Assembly (NCBI GenBank): GCA_964016885.1
Contig: OZ024742.1
Span: 289,168,001 to 289,232,000 of the forward strand
From: Eledone cirrhosa
Lineage: Eukaryota
Direction: 5' to 3'
Length of the DNA: 64,000 nt
Shown here: positions 1 through 12,001 of the stretch, one piece after another
How positions within the stretch are numbered: the stretch's first letter is position 1
How the letters are laid out: every line of letters begins with the position of its first letter
Notes under the pieces: model-generated
Database searches by the model: none
Told to the model about the DNA's origin: nothing
What the model saw: the letters and a program-made list of their open reading frames with translations, nothing else
Translations under genes and position numbers: made by a program

Positions 1-122
1 TTATATCTCAATGAATAATATTGCTTATAAATACAAATGTAAAACTATCTCAAATAAGGCTTAGAATTGACCAAAGGGAAGATCACAATAAAGTGCTTTA
101 AAATAAAGAAACCTTACAAGCA

Positions 123-473
123 TCTCACCCCAGGGGTAAACTTCTTGTCAAGCGACCTAAATCTAGAGAGCTAACAAATGTTGTTCCCCTTACTGCAGTT
201 TCACAAGCTAAAGTAACAGAATTTGCCATCTCAATTAATTAAGATAGTTAATTTCCACCAGAACTTGGTTGATCCTCAGAGAGGATATCTGTTCATAGTA
301 AGAGAGATAAGATATATTTACGTGTTGCTGTTCTGGTGGAAATTAATTATCTTAATTGATTGAGATGACAAATTTAATTACTTTAGCTTGTGAAACTGCA
401 GTAAAGGGGGAAAAATTGTTAAGCCCTCTAGATTTAGGTCACTTGACAAGAAGTTTACTTTTTGGGGTGAGAT
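123..473. repeat. Diverged long inverted repeat (~140-bp arms, ~65-bp spacer), possibly an old PLE fold-back or MITE
   Basis: ~123-265 (tctcaccccaggggtaaacttcttgtcaag...ttccaccagaac) is the imperfect reverse complement of ~330-473; the spacer carries CTGAGGA on the minus strand. Confidence 0.7.
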
Positions 474-690
474 TCTTTAGCATTTAAACCGGCCGTATCC
501 AGCCAGAATTCTCTCACCTCTTTCTGTTCCAACTGTCCATAACTGGCTGCTCATGGTTATGTTATTATTCTCAAAATAAATAATATCAAAATCTCATAGA
601 TTCGATATTATGTGAGATATTATGTGAGATAAAACCTTTACTACGAAAATACAATAGTGTATATAGAGTAATGTAAATGCTAAAGGGTTT
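474..690 (+). mobile_element. Non-autonomous DNA element (piggyBac-like MITE); other copies at ~40405-40884 and ~45470-45666 (inverted)
   Basis: Shared body (gcatttaaaccggcc...gaattctctcacctc...tcgatattatgtgagata) and ...ctaaagggtt(aa) ends; the 40405 copy is bounded by TTAA. Confidence 0.6.
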
Positions 691-859
691 TGAGTAGGGC
701 TCCTGATGCAAGTATATTCAGTTAAGATAAACTATTTCAGTTTCAATGATGCATGAGTGTGTATCCATGTAACATATAGATATACACCAGTTCCAAACAC
801 AAAAGAACCAAACTGCCACTGTCACTGCCTCCGTCTTTCTCGCTCTCCCCATCTCTCAC

Positions 860-1085
860 TATTATGAGCAAATAGGGGCCCAGGCGCTGGCTACCCCATG
901 GCTTCAGCGGACAGAATAGAGAAGGCATTTCCCTGGAGGATGGTGAAGGTGACGCGCTGGAAGAGCCATTCCAGCTCACGAGGTTCACACTTGCGAGTAG
1001 CTAACTCTCTTTCGATGGTGGTGAGCAGGGAGGCGACCCTAGGGCCAAGTACACCAGAAGTCTCCACTACCATTATCTTTCCAAT
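860..1085 (-). mobile_element. 3' fragment of a CRE-like non-LTR retrotransposon (restriction-like endonuclease C-terminus)
   Basis: VVETSGVLGP...EPRELEWLFQRVTFTILQGNAFSIL resembles the PxxxETxGxxG...WLxQRxSxAIxRGNA C-terminal motif. Confidence 0.65.
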
Positions 1086-1326
1086 TAGAGTTTATGCTCA
1101 ATAATTTTATTCATTCTGTTTTTTCCTGTGGATAACAGGCTTTATTAAGTAAAGGGCTTGTGTCATGTCTTATTTTATTTGCTTCTGTTTCACTAATTCC
1201 TTTGTTTTGTTCATACTCGGTTGTTTCCTAAATGTTGTAGTCATAACAGTTTAGCTCTTTATTGGCTGGACTTATGGCTTTACTTCTTTCCTTTTCAGGT
1301 TTGTTGGTCCATTAAGTGGGTGAAGG

Positions 1327-1522
1327 CAGACCTGTCAACTCTCCCCGTCTGACAGGGAGATCTCCCACCCACTTTGTGGTGGGTGACAGATATCTTTTCT
1401 TGTGAAAATGGGTATAGCTTTCATTATGTAAAATCTCCCCATTTTGCCTCATTTCTCCCCATTTTGGGGCACTTTTTTTTTATGATACTCCATGTTTGGG
1501 TTTTTAGAGGTTGGCAGGTCTG
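1327..1522 (+). mobile_element. MITE with CAGACCTG(T/C)CAAC terminal inverted repeats (hAT-like); second copy at 36805-36992
   Basis: TIRs cagacctgtcaac / gttggcaggtctg; flanking direct repeat gtgaagg; the second copy is flanked by catcag. Confidence 0.75.
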
Positions 1523-2496
1523 GTGAAGGTGTCGAATTAATTGGTGATTTTAAGGTCTTGGCTGAATTGGATCTGTGTACTAAGTCACGTTTATAAAGGA
1601 TTTGGGACGTCAGTCGTAGTTCCTAAGAGTTGTACTGGTTATGCATGTTTCACGCCAATCAGGTAATGGAATCATAGTCTCTGCAGAATATTACTATATG
1701 GAAACTACATAATATGACGTCTGCAGCCTGATAATATATGTTATCCCCATACCAATAATTATTATAGATCGGTGGTTGGTTTACTGGACGATAAGGAGAT
1801 AGTCAGAAGGACGTGGATGGTTTAGCTCTTGTTTGAGCTCTTTCTAGCAGCAAAACACTAACCAGTCTAAGGGAGATAATAAAATATTTACTAGTATATT
1901 TTGTTCGCATTTGGCTTCAATGAGTTATCAAATTCTATTTAAAAGTGTTTATTTATATTTAGCTAAAAATTTCCTGTCATAATTCTTTGTTGCAAGATCT
2001 TTCCGAACCAATGGTAAATGACACTTGCCCAAGATACCACGGGACTTTATGCGTGCGAAGCGAACTTCTTAACCATTCGATCACAATAGATTATTATGAA
2101 TCTTATTTCTCCATAATGTTGTTGCTGGAATGCTTTAGTTGTTCGAACAACAGAGCATTCAACAGACATGTGTACTCTTAACGTAGTTCTCGGAGAGTTT
2201 CAGCATGACTATATGTATAACAAGGTTAAGCCTTTGAATTACAGGTACACCTTATTTTTACCAACTGGAGTGATTGAAGCAGTATAAAATAAAGTGTCTT
2301 GCTCAAGGCCATAATGCACCACCGGGAACCGAGCTCGGGACCTTACGATGGTGAGCCTGACATCATCTTCCGAGTCACGTACCTTCACTATCCTCCATAA
2401 TACATTTATAACAAAAGGAACTTTTCTTAACCATTCGCCGGTTTTCATAGACGGTGCAGCACGAATTCATGCGGTTGATTTCTAAAGTAGTTCGAA

Positions 2497-2883
2497 ATGA
2501 TGTCCTCAACATTCAAACCGAAATTTTGGCGCCCCGGAGACGAAGATCCAAGGTCTGTACTCCAAGAGGAGCGGGTATACGAGAGTGGCGAGCAGTATGC
2601 TATACATAATCCTTATATATCGATGACAATTCAACAACAGCGGCAAAAGTTGCCCGTCTTCGCCTTACGAACTCACATTCTTTATCTGGTCGAAAGCTAC
2701 CCTGTGGTTGTAATTGTTGGTCACACTGGCTGTGGTAAAAGTACCCAGATACCTCAATATCTACTAGAAGCTGGATGGGCTGGACGTCCCTACAAGATCG
2801 CAGTCTCTCAACCAAGACGGGTGGCCGCCATCACTTTAGCCAAGAGGGTCTCAGAAGAACGAGGAACAATGTTGGGGGAGGAG
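2497..2883 (+). CDS. DHX35: DEAH-box RNA helicase DHX35, exon 1
   Basis: ATG at 2497; N-terminal FKPKFWRPG, QQQRQKLPVF, P-loop GHTGCGKSTQIPQYL and QPRRVAA; donor GAG|GTGAGC at 2883/2884 (phase 0). Confidence 0.92.
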
Positions 2884-2894
2884 GTGAGCTATTG

Positions 2895-3080
2895 TTGATA
2901 TTGATGATGGGTGGTGGTGATGTTGTTGGTGATGATGATGATGATGGTGGTGGTGGTGATGTTGTTGGTGATGATAATGATGATGGTGGTGGTGGTGATG
3001 TTATTGTTGATGATGGTGATGATGTTCTTGGTTTTGTTCTTGTGGTGATGTTGTTGTGGTTGTTGTTGGTAGTGGTGATG
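2895..3080. repeat. (GAT/GGT)n compound trinucleotide microsatellite at the start of the DHX35 intron
   Basis: Visible low-complexity run. Confidence 0.9.
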
Positions 3081-3477
3081 TTCCGCCACCTTTGGTATCC
3101 GACATGTCCCAAATTATCCGTTTTGCCGGACTAACAGCTCACGTAATTAATAATCTTTTTGCTATGACACCTTCACAACCCACATGTGTTTATCCCTTGA
3201 AAACACACTATGACGTCAGAAACATTCTCCCTACACTTTATCTATAATAATATCAAGATACAAATGTTTGGAAGGCATAATTAGCGATAAATGTAAGTAA
3301 AATAGGATAAGAATTTCCCTAATTTGCTGGAGCTGAACCGTCACTGATATCTTGATGTTTAGATGATTGCAGATGACACCATAAAGTAAATACCAGTACT
3401 AGGATTGATATGATCAATTGAACCCTTAAAGCCAGTGCCCCAGCATAGCCAGAGTCTAATCGTTAGAAGAAAAAACG

Positions 3478-3940
3478 TAGTAGTGCTGCTGCCATGATGA
3501 AATGCATCCAGTACATTCTCTAAAGTAGTAGTGCTGGTACTATGATAAAATGCACCCATTCCTTTCTATAAAGTGATAGTGCTGGTGTCATGATAAAATG
3601 CACCCAATTCTTACTGTAAAGTGATAGTGCTGGTGCCATGGTGAAATGCTCCCAGTACATTCTGGTAAAGTGGTAATGCTGGTGATAAAATGTTACAAGC
3701 CTACTTTGGTAGTACTGGTGCCACAATAAAATGCACCCAGTGTACCCTATAAAGTGGTAGTGTTGGTGTCACAGTAAAATACACCCAGTATGCCCTATAA
3801 AGTGGTTGGCGATAGGAAAAGCATCCTGACATAGAAACTATGCTAAAATATGAAATGTATGGGCAAGACATGAGCCTCAGGCCCATCCAGTCTTAGTATG
3901 TGACAACCCCTCTTGCCCAGCATGGAAAACAAACGTAAAA
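3478..3940 (+). repeat. Degenerate ~39-bp tandem array followed by the RTE/SINE-type 3' tail, intronic
   Basis: Repeated aaagtggtagtgctggtgccatgataaaatgcacccagt units, then aaagcatcc...catggaaaacaaacgtaaaac tail. Confidence 0.65.
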
Positions 3941-4439
3941 CAATGGTGGTGGTGTGTATTAAAGTGATTAAGTGAGTCTAGATACACAGAAATATTTTTT
4001 TTAATATGTTGATTATTGTTTCTATTAATTAAAATTTAATTTGCCAATGATGTAACGTCTTGTTAAACCCTGTAATTACCATATTTCTAATAAAAGACAC
4101 TGCTTATGGTTTTCAAATCATTTGGCAATTAATCAAGAATTTTGAAGAAATTAGTAATATAATTAACTTTCTCCTTAAATTGGTGTTTGGAACATCTTAA
4201 AGGTTCATACAGAGAATCATGGTGAGAGGTTTTAGATAAATATATGCACTTTCCTTTCATGGCCATATTTCTATTGAAAAACACTACTTATAATTTTCAA
4301 ATAATTTTTTGAAAATAATCAAAATTTTTGAGAATTTAGTAATATAACTAACTTTCTCATTATTAAGCTGGTGTTTGGAACATAACTTAACAAAGGTCCT
4401 TGGATAAAATTATGATGAAAGATTTTTAGACAGTCTCGA

Positions 4440-5090
4440 ATAATTGTCATCCATTTGATGTCAGGATGCATCGGATACAATGCTGATGAAATCTTTCCAG
4501 CTGCCTGATGTGATGCCTGTTAGTTGTCCACATTTTGCATCCAAATAGCAGGGCTGTAAGAACATAGGCCTCATACACGGAGAGCTTTGTGTTTCTCGTG
4601 ATACTCTGATCAGACTCACTTCTCAAACTTCCCGAAGGCAAGACTCACTTTCGCATCCTGTGATCTATTTCAGTAGAGATGGTACCATCTCTACTAAGTG
4701 TACTTCTGAGATACACAAAGCTGTCCACCAGTTCGTGTCTGGGACCACATATGCTTACCTAACTGGTGGAGTATATATGACCATTGTCTATTTTATACTA
4801 ATATTTAACCCAAACACAGTGCATGCATTGGATATGGTGTCCAGCAAGGCAACATACCTGCACTCACTCTGTTTCCCATCTACTTCACTGTGCTGTTGAC
4901 ATATGCCTTCCAAGACTTAGAAATTGTGTATACTTGCGAATTAGAACCTCTGGCAAAATCTTGAATCTAAGACGTTTTAACACCAAGTCCAAAACATTTG
5001 GTACTCTTGTTAGGGAATTCCTGTATGATGATGAAGCAGATTTTGTGGCACTCACTGTAGAGGACATGCAGTTGATATTAGACACCTTAG
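4440..5090. mobile_element. Degenerate RTE-clade LINE fragments in both orientations within the DHX35 intron
   Basis: Minus: TKLSVYEAYVLTALLFGCKMWT...LERFHQHCIRCIL; plus: VYLRIRTSGKILNLRRF...VREFLYDDEADFVA. Confidence 0.7.
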
Positions 5091-5217
5091 ATAAATATAA
5101 ACACTTTAAAACAAGTAGTTTTGTCTCATAGATCCAGGGGCATTTTCAAGTGGTTTGGTATCAAAAGGGCTAAATTTTATTTAAAATTTATAAGAATTAA
5201 TTTATTTCTATTTTCAG

Positions 5218-6927
5218 ATTGGTTACCATGTTAGATTTGACAACTGTTGTGATGCTGAAACTACGAGTGTCAACTTTCTAACTGATGGAATGTTGATTCA
5301 AGAGATTTTTTCTGACCCTCTACTTACTAAATACAGTGTAGTTATGTTGGATGAAGCACATGAACGTACACAACATACAGATATCCTTATTGGCCTCCTC
5401 AAAAAGATTCTACTCCGACGCAAGGACCTGCATGTCATTATTGCCTCAGCAACACTTGATGCTGCTGAAGTTAAAAACTTTTTCAATAGCAACTTAACAA
5501 GTGACCCCAAGCTGGACACTTCCTCAATTCTTAGTATTGAAGGACGAGGATATCCAGTGGACATTCACTACTCCATTGATCCACTTCCAAACTATGTCCA
5601 GGCAACTGTAGAGACAATTCTAAAGATTCACAATAATGAAGGCCCTGGAGATATTCTAGCTTTCCTCACTGGTCAAGATGAGGTTGAAACAGTTGTCCAC
5701 CAGTTGATACAAGAAGCTAGAAAAATGGGCAAAGATGTTCAGATGAAAATGAAAGTGTTACGAATGTATGGAAGTTTACCTGCATCGGAACAGCTAAAGG
5801 TATTTGATAGAACAGCAAAAACTACACGGAAAATTGTAGTTGCTACAAATATTGCTGAGACTTCCGTAACAATTCATGGTATTGTTTTTGTCGTTGATTG
5901 TGGTTTTGTCAAACTGCGAGCTTTTAATGCTGAAACTGGTGTTGAAGGGTTAATCACTGTGCCGATATCTCAGGCATCTGCTGACCAAAGAGCAGGGCGA
6001 GCTGGTCGTGTGCGTCCTGGAAAAGCATTCCGACTCTACCCAGAATCAGAGTATAATAAGTTGAAAGCAGCAACTGTTCCTGAAATACAACGCAGTGAAA
6101 TGTCCCATGTTATATTACAGTTAAAGGCATTAGGAGTGAAAAATGTGCTCAGGTTTAATTTTCTCTCTGCTCCACCAGCTGCAAATATGTTGCACAGCTT
6201 AGAACTTCTCTATGCACTTGGTGCACTTGATGATGATGGAGACCTAACATCACCACTTGGTATGAACATGGTGGAATTTCCCCTATCACCAATGTTTGCT
6301 AAAATGCTTCTAACAGCTGCAGATTTTGAATGCACGGAAGAAGCGTTAACCATTGCTGCTATGATGCAGATTGAGAATGTGTTTGTGTCTCCTGGTAATG
6401 AAAAAAAAGCTGCTGAAAGAGCAAAAACCAAGTTTAGCGTCCAGGAAGGGGACCACATCACCATGGTCAATGTTTATAATGCTTTCTTAGAACACAATAA
6501 GAACAACCAGTGGTGTGGGGAAAATTATTTAAACTTGAAGGGGCTGAATCGGGCTTGCACCATCCGTGATCAACTGATGCAGATGTTGAAAAAATATAAA
6601 ATTCCATTAGTGTCATGTGGAATTAAGACTGAAGCATTGCAGCGATGCATAACTGCAGCTTTCTTTGCAAATGCTGCTCGTTTGCACTATGACGGAACCT
6701 ACCACACTATACGACACAATCACTGCTTGTACATCCACCCTACATCGGTACTGTATACAGAAAAACCACCTCAATGGGTGGTGTTTAATGAGGTTATACA
6801 AACAGGCAAGGACTATATGAGAGATATTACAGCTATCCGACCTGATTGGTTGTGTGAACTGGCACCACAATTCTTTCAGTTTGGGACAGAGTCAGAAATT
6901 GCCAAAAAAAGGTCCAAGTTTAATTGA
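5218..6927 (+). CDS. DHX35: DEAH-box RNA helicase DHX35, exon 2 (to stop)
   Basis: Acceptor ttttcag|ATT at 5217/5218, in frame (IGYHVRFD...TDGML); DEAHER, SATL, ATNIAETSVTI, QRAGRAGR, HA2 and OB-fold regions; TGA at 6925-6927; 698 aa joined. Confidence 0.93.
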   Translation: MGYHVRFDNCCDAETTSVNFLTDGMLIQEIFSDPLLTKYSVVMLDEAHERTQHTDILIGLLKKILLRRKDLHVIIASATLDAAEVKNFFNSNLTSDPKLDTSSILSIEGRGYPVDIHYSIDPLPNYVQATVETILKIHNNEGPGDILAFLTGQDEVETVVHQLIQEARKMGKDVQMKMKVLRMYGSLPASEQLKVFDRTAKTTRKIVVATNIAETSVTIHGIVFVVDCGFVKLRAFNAETGVEGLITVPISQASADQRAGRAGRVRPGKAFRLYPESEYNKLKAATVPEIQRSEMSHVILQLKALGVKNVLRFNFLSAPPAANMLHSLELLYALGALDDDGDLTSPLGMNMVEFPLSPMFAKMLLTAADFECTEEALTIAAMMQIENVFVSPGNEKKAAERAKTKFSVQEGDHITMVNVYNAFLEHNKNNQWCGENYLNLKGLNRACTIRDQLMQMLKKYKIPLVSCGIKTEALQRCITAAFFANAARLHYDGTYHTIRHNHCLYIHPTSVLYTEKPPQWVVFNEVIQTGKDYMRDITAIRPDWLCELAPQFFQFGTESEIAKKRSKFN

Positions 6928-7303
6928 AATATTTTTTCTCAACCAAGATGGTTTTGTTTGTTATTTTTTTACATTTGATATTTGGCTAAGAAATTTTCTT
7001 TACACTCACTTGAAGTTTGGTCTGCCACCTTGAGCAAGTGTCTTCTTCCATATCAACTGAAGGCTACTAAGCTTCTGAATGAAATTGGGTTAACAGAAAC
7101 TGTGTGGCATTGTGTGTTTAAACTTAATATGTCACCCCGTTTAACACTACACCACTACTTGGTCATTGAGTGTCTTTAACAGAGTTTACTGGTTGGTTTA
7201 GCACAATTTCCACCTGGTGTCTTTAACGGAGCCTACAAGGTGGTTTAACACCACCATTAGCACCTGGTCCCTTGCTATTTTTAATACTTTGTTGTAAATA
7301 TTC

Positions 7304-7340
<37 letters not shown>

Positions 7341-7367
7341 GGTGATGATGATTATATATATATATAT

Positions 7368-7708
7368 GGAGGCACATGGCTTAGTGGTTAGAGCATTGGC
7401 CTTGCAATCGAAAGGTTGTGAGTTCAATTCTCAGACCGGGTGATGTGTTATTTCCTTGAGCAAGACACTTTATTTCACATTGCTCCAGTTTACTCAGCTG
7501 TAGAAATGAGATGATAGGGACTGGGGTCCCTATCATTCCACTGCAAAGTGGTTGTGGAGGTGCCACGGCAAAGAAGCACCCAGCGCTCACTGTAAATGTG
7601 GTTGGTGTTAGGAAGGGCATCCAGCTGTAGAAATCAAGCCAGAATCAGTTCCCATCCCACCCTTGCAAGCAGGGAAAAGCGGACGTAAAATGAAATGATG
7701 ATGATGAT
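7368..7708 (+). mobile_element. Full-length tRNA-derived CORE-SINE with RTE-derived 3' tail
   Basis: A box tggcttagtggtt, B box gagttcaattc, CORE-like ccttgagcaagacactt...cagtttactcagctgtagaaatg, tail shared with the RTE 3' UTR (ggttggtgttaggaagggcatccagctgtagaaa), (GAT)n end; near-identical copies at 39470 and 51338. Confidence 0.88.
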
Positions 7709-9887
7709 GTATATATATATATACATGCATATGCATGCATTAACATGGAAAATGAACGTGAAAGATGAAATGACAAATAAGCACCCAGTCCACTTTGTTA
7801 GATTGTTGTGTTGGCGACACAACAAAAAGTGCCCGGTCCACCCTGTTAGGTAGTCATGCTGGTGACATGATGAAAAAGCACCCCATTCAACCTGTCAGTT
7901 GGTCATTTTGGAGCCATGGTAAAAAGCACCCAGTCCACACTGTAAATGTGGTTGGCGTTAGGAAGGGCATCCAGCCGTAGAAACCTAGCAACCTCGCCAG
8001 AAACAGTTCTGCATGAGCAAGACACAATCACCTGATCTGACTTATTTCATAAGGGGGACACCTCGTCTAACCCATGCTAGCTTGGAGAATGAACGTTAAA
8101 CGGTGGTGATGATATATATTTATGCAACAATATGTACAAAGTTGTAGAGAAAATATTATTAGCACATAAAAAAATTTAAGTCAAACATTTCTGTGAAAGC
8201 AGAAATTGCTAGCTTAAACATTTAATCTGCACTAATAAATATGTATATATACACACACTTTGTATTAAAACAAATACATCCTCATCGTCGTCATTATTTT
8301 ATGTCCATTGGATTGGCAGTATTGATAGAGCGTCGGACAACATGCTTTGCAGCTTTGAGTTATTGTCGGACCAGCCTAGGGCATTAAATACCCAGACGCA
8401 TATTGTAGAGCAGACCTAGAGTGCTGAACACCCAGGTGCACATTGTAGGGCTAGCTTAGAGCGCTAAATATCCAGGTGTACATTCTCCATAAATAAAACC
8501 AGTCAAATATCTCACGCATGGAAATCCTTATATGTTCTTGGTAAACTGAATCAAAAACAGTTTCCGTTCTTTGTCAAGCTGTTTCCCTTTCGTCTCTTGA
8601 AGAAATATGGACTTCAGTAGCGCCTATTCGTACCCCTCTATTAAAATATATGGGTTATGCACTTGGATAAGAAACTTTTCAAAAACTGGACAGAGATGCG
8701 TTGGATAACAATAGGAGAGAATTTATCAAGGAAGATAATTTACTAGGAAAGCTAGTTTGTGAGTTAGTTCTCTTGATCAGCATGGAGAAGGCTTTAAAAA
8801 ACTAAGGTAGTACACATTAGATAATGTATTCTCTGGTCCTAAATAATAAAGGGGTGATCAATCATTTTCCTAGGTTGTCTCCCTTGACGTTTTTAAAAAC
8901 CAGAATTAGTCGTTTAGTTTACATATTGAGACCCCAACCTATCCTATTTATTTTATGAAGTATGAGATTTCTCGTAATGTTCTTTTTTTTTTTTGTCATG
9001 TATCATATTTTTAATGTCTAAAGAAAATTAATTGTCACAGCAATGCTACCACTTAAAATAAAATTTCGTAGGAGGTAGATTAGCAAAATTTAATATGTTG
9101 GGAATGGGGTCTGAAAAATTAATAAGTGGAAGGGGGGATTCGAGACCCGAGATTACACACACACACATATACACACATTACATCTGTGGCTATATCATCA
9201 ATTTAAAGTGGCAAAATGTGATTTGGTGGGAGTAGTTTAGTCACTATTTCAAACAGGCCATCACCACATATACAGCTCCTTGTTTTACTGGTGGTGTTGT
9301 TTATATTGTGTTTATGAGTTATACATGATGAGGTTTTGGGACACAGTCTTTCCTTTCTTAAGAACAGGAGTGTTTGTCAAATATTTAGAACTTGGTATTG
9401 TTCCTGCTTTGAAGATGAGAATGAGAAGAGTGTGATGTTAATTGATGTAAGTATTATAGTGTATTATTGGTATTATGTGTGTGTGTGTGGAATCTATGTG
9501 ATATACATATACATAGGAAAATCAACAAAGAGTGGACAAGACAACGAACGAAAACAAGGCAAAACAAACAATTTTTTAAAGGGGAAATTATTTTTTGAAA
9601 ATAAAAATACAAACAAAAGACACAGAACTCCAAGGTTGTCGGCTGTTGAAATGGACTTTGGCAGTTTTGACCCCAACTAATGGTACTGCTGGTCCACCTA
9701 GGGTCGCAGTGTCTGACACATGTCAAAGTACTGATGGAGTAAGAGATATGACAAAACAGCAACTCATAACAATTAAGCTATGACAAGTACACATAGAATT
9801 TCACATGATGACACGGGAAAGATATTGTGCCTCTCATGAGTGAAACAAAGGAAAAGGAGAAAGAAGAAGGAAAAAAAGCAAGATATG

Positions 9888-10002
9888 AATATTACATCGG
9901 CTTTACTTTGGGGGTGAATATTACACTGGTTTTACTTTGGAGGTGGATATTACACTGGTGTTTCTTTGGAGGTGGTTATTACACCGGTTTTACTTTGGAG
10001 TA
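9888..10002. repeat. 29-bp tandem repeat, about 4 copies
   Basis: tattacactggttttactttggaggtgga units. Confidence 0.8.
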
Positions 10003-10687
10003 AAATTTGTTTTTCATATTAGTCTTTTATGTCTTTTGAATGAATATGGCCCTCAAAACGGTTGGCAATAGGTAAGAAATCATTACATAATGGAGTTGTG
10101 AAACAAAAAACTATACTCTGAATAATACTTAAAACATTTTGAATACCAAAATATTAAAACTTCATAAATATATTCTCCACTGATGAGAATTTCAAAACCG
10201 TACAATCTAAACAATGTGTTATTACCAGCCTCAGCTTATGCAAGGGTTTTGGATTTTTGCCCATTTCTCACACATAAAGTAGGGGGTTGGTTTATATTCG
10301 AGTATATATTGTATATATTCATTCACTATAAGGCAAATTATGGGATGAAGAAATAGGTGTAGGTATGGTTGTGGGGTTAAAGAGCTTGCTTAGTAACTAT
10401 GTGGTTTTGGATTTAAACCCATTGTATGGCACCTTAAGTAAGTGTCTCTTACTATAGCCTTAGGTTGACCAATGTCTTGTGAATGAAATTTGTAAATGGA
10501 AACTGTATGGAAGCCTGTCATTCATATATATCACAAAAAACATAGGCAGTGGTGGTGAGAGCAGACCTCAGATTGCTGAGGCTCACGGAGGAGATGACGA
10601 AGGACTGCGACAAGTGGAGAGATGATGTGCTGAATAGGACCCATCCCACCCTTGCAAGCAGGGAAAAGCGGGCGTAAAATGAAGATG

Positions 10688-10720
<33 letters not shown>

Positions 10721-11039
10721 TTAATGTCTTATTTCCATGCTTGTATGAGTCAGACAGGTCGTCCACATTATAAGGCAAGTCTGGCCAGATGGCTTTGCCA
10801 TACCTTGCTCAAATGGAACTGCATTTTGGCCGGCATATATATATATATATATATGTACATGTGTGTGTGTCTGTACATATATATCATAACTTAGCAGTTC
10901 AACAAAAAGTGATCGATAAAATAAATGTTGAGGTTTTGAAAATAGGCACTAGTACTAGACTGGTGCTTTTTTTATCGAGCTTGAAAGGATGAAAGTCAAA
11001 GTTGACTTTGGTAGGATTTGAATTCAGAGAGCAGAGAAG

Positions 11040-11280
11040 AGGAAAGATTATTGCACAGAAATATTATGGAATATTGCTGTGAGGTATGAAAGAAGGAAGG
11101 AAAGCCTTCTCATCAGAACATGGTGTCTGGTGTCTTCACATACAAAAGAGAATTGCACAATAGGGGAAAAAAAACTATTATTGTGAAATATGTGAGAAAT
11201 ACACAAACATAGTCATATTGGAGATGAACAGTTTTATTGTGAAATACGTGGGAAATATTTTATCTCAAATATTTTAACAA
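11040..11280 (+). pseudogene. Degenerate C2H2 zinc-finger array remnant
   Basis: Frame-broken pieces resembling HTGEKPYxCEICGKxF (ataggggaaaaaaaactattattgtgaaatatgtgagaaa; catattggagatgaacagttttattgtgaaatacgtgggaaatattt). Confidence 0.5.
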
Positions 11281-11629
11281 CTAACAAAATAATAAACTAG
11301 AGAAATTTCGACCATATCTTACTTCTGCTAATAAATATAACACACATACACACGTTTGTATATCTCTAAATACACACATGTATGTATATCTCTAAATACA
11401 AACATATGTGTATATATAGTCACATACATATTTCTAAACAGATATGCAATAAACATGCTCACTTAAACATACACACATGTCTATTCATTAACAACTAATT
11501 GTGACTGTAACTGCTAGTCACTAGGTGATGATGAATGAATATATGTGTGTATATATATATATAATACAATAGTTTAACAGTAAGTATTGCCTAGACAGAA
11601 TGTATCCAAATACCATGTGTGTGTATATA

Positions 11630-11710
11630 TAGGGTGTCTCAAAAAAATGTATACACATATTTATTAGAATGCTGTTGAAGTGCGTATACATTTTGGGGGA
11701 CACTGTGTAT
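11630..11710. mobile_element. ~75-bp Tc1/mariner-type MITE; inverted second copy at ~46420-46495
   Basis: TIR-like agggtgtctcaaaaaaatgtatacac / gtatacattttgggggacactg in TA context; shared core ttagaatgctgttgaag. Confidence 0.65.
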
Positions 11711-11963
11711 ATATATATATATACAATGACATAAGATCGGAAAGTAAGTGAATGAACTTACATAAAGATGGACAGATTCTTAGTTTATATATGTGTGTGT
11801 TATCATCATCATCATCATCATCGTTTAACGTCTATCTTCCACGCTAGCATGGGTTAGACGGGAATTCTCCCATTTGAGGTAAGATTGGTTGGGTGACCAT
11901 GTCTTGCTCGTATAGGACTATCTGGCAGGTTTTCTATGGTTGGATGCCCTTCCTAACACCAAC

Positions 11964-12001
<38 letters not shown>

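Noticed and set aside
2884-2898. ORF-track end of the 133-aa ORF and the separate 545-aa ORF treated as two genes
   Set aside because: Canonical GT-AG splice sites join them in frame into a single DHX35
7368-7440. tRNA-like sequence (also at 39470 and 51338)
   Set aside because: It is the SINE head, continuing into the CORE domain and LINE tail; no proper acceptor stem
10170-10215. ctgatga-gaatttc-aaaa HHR-like motif
   Set aside because: No GAAA and no stem I pairing
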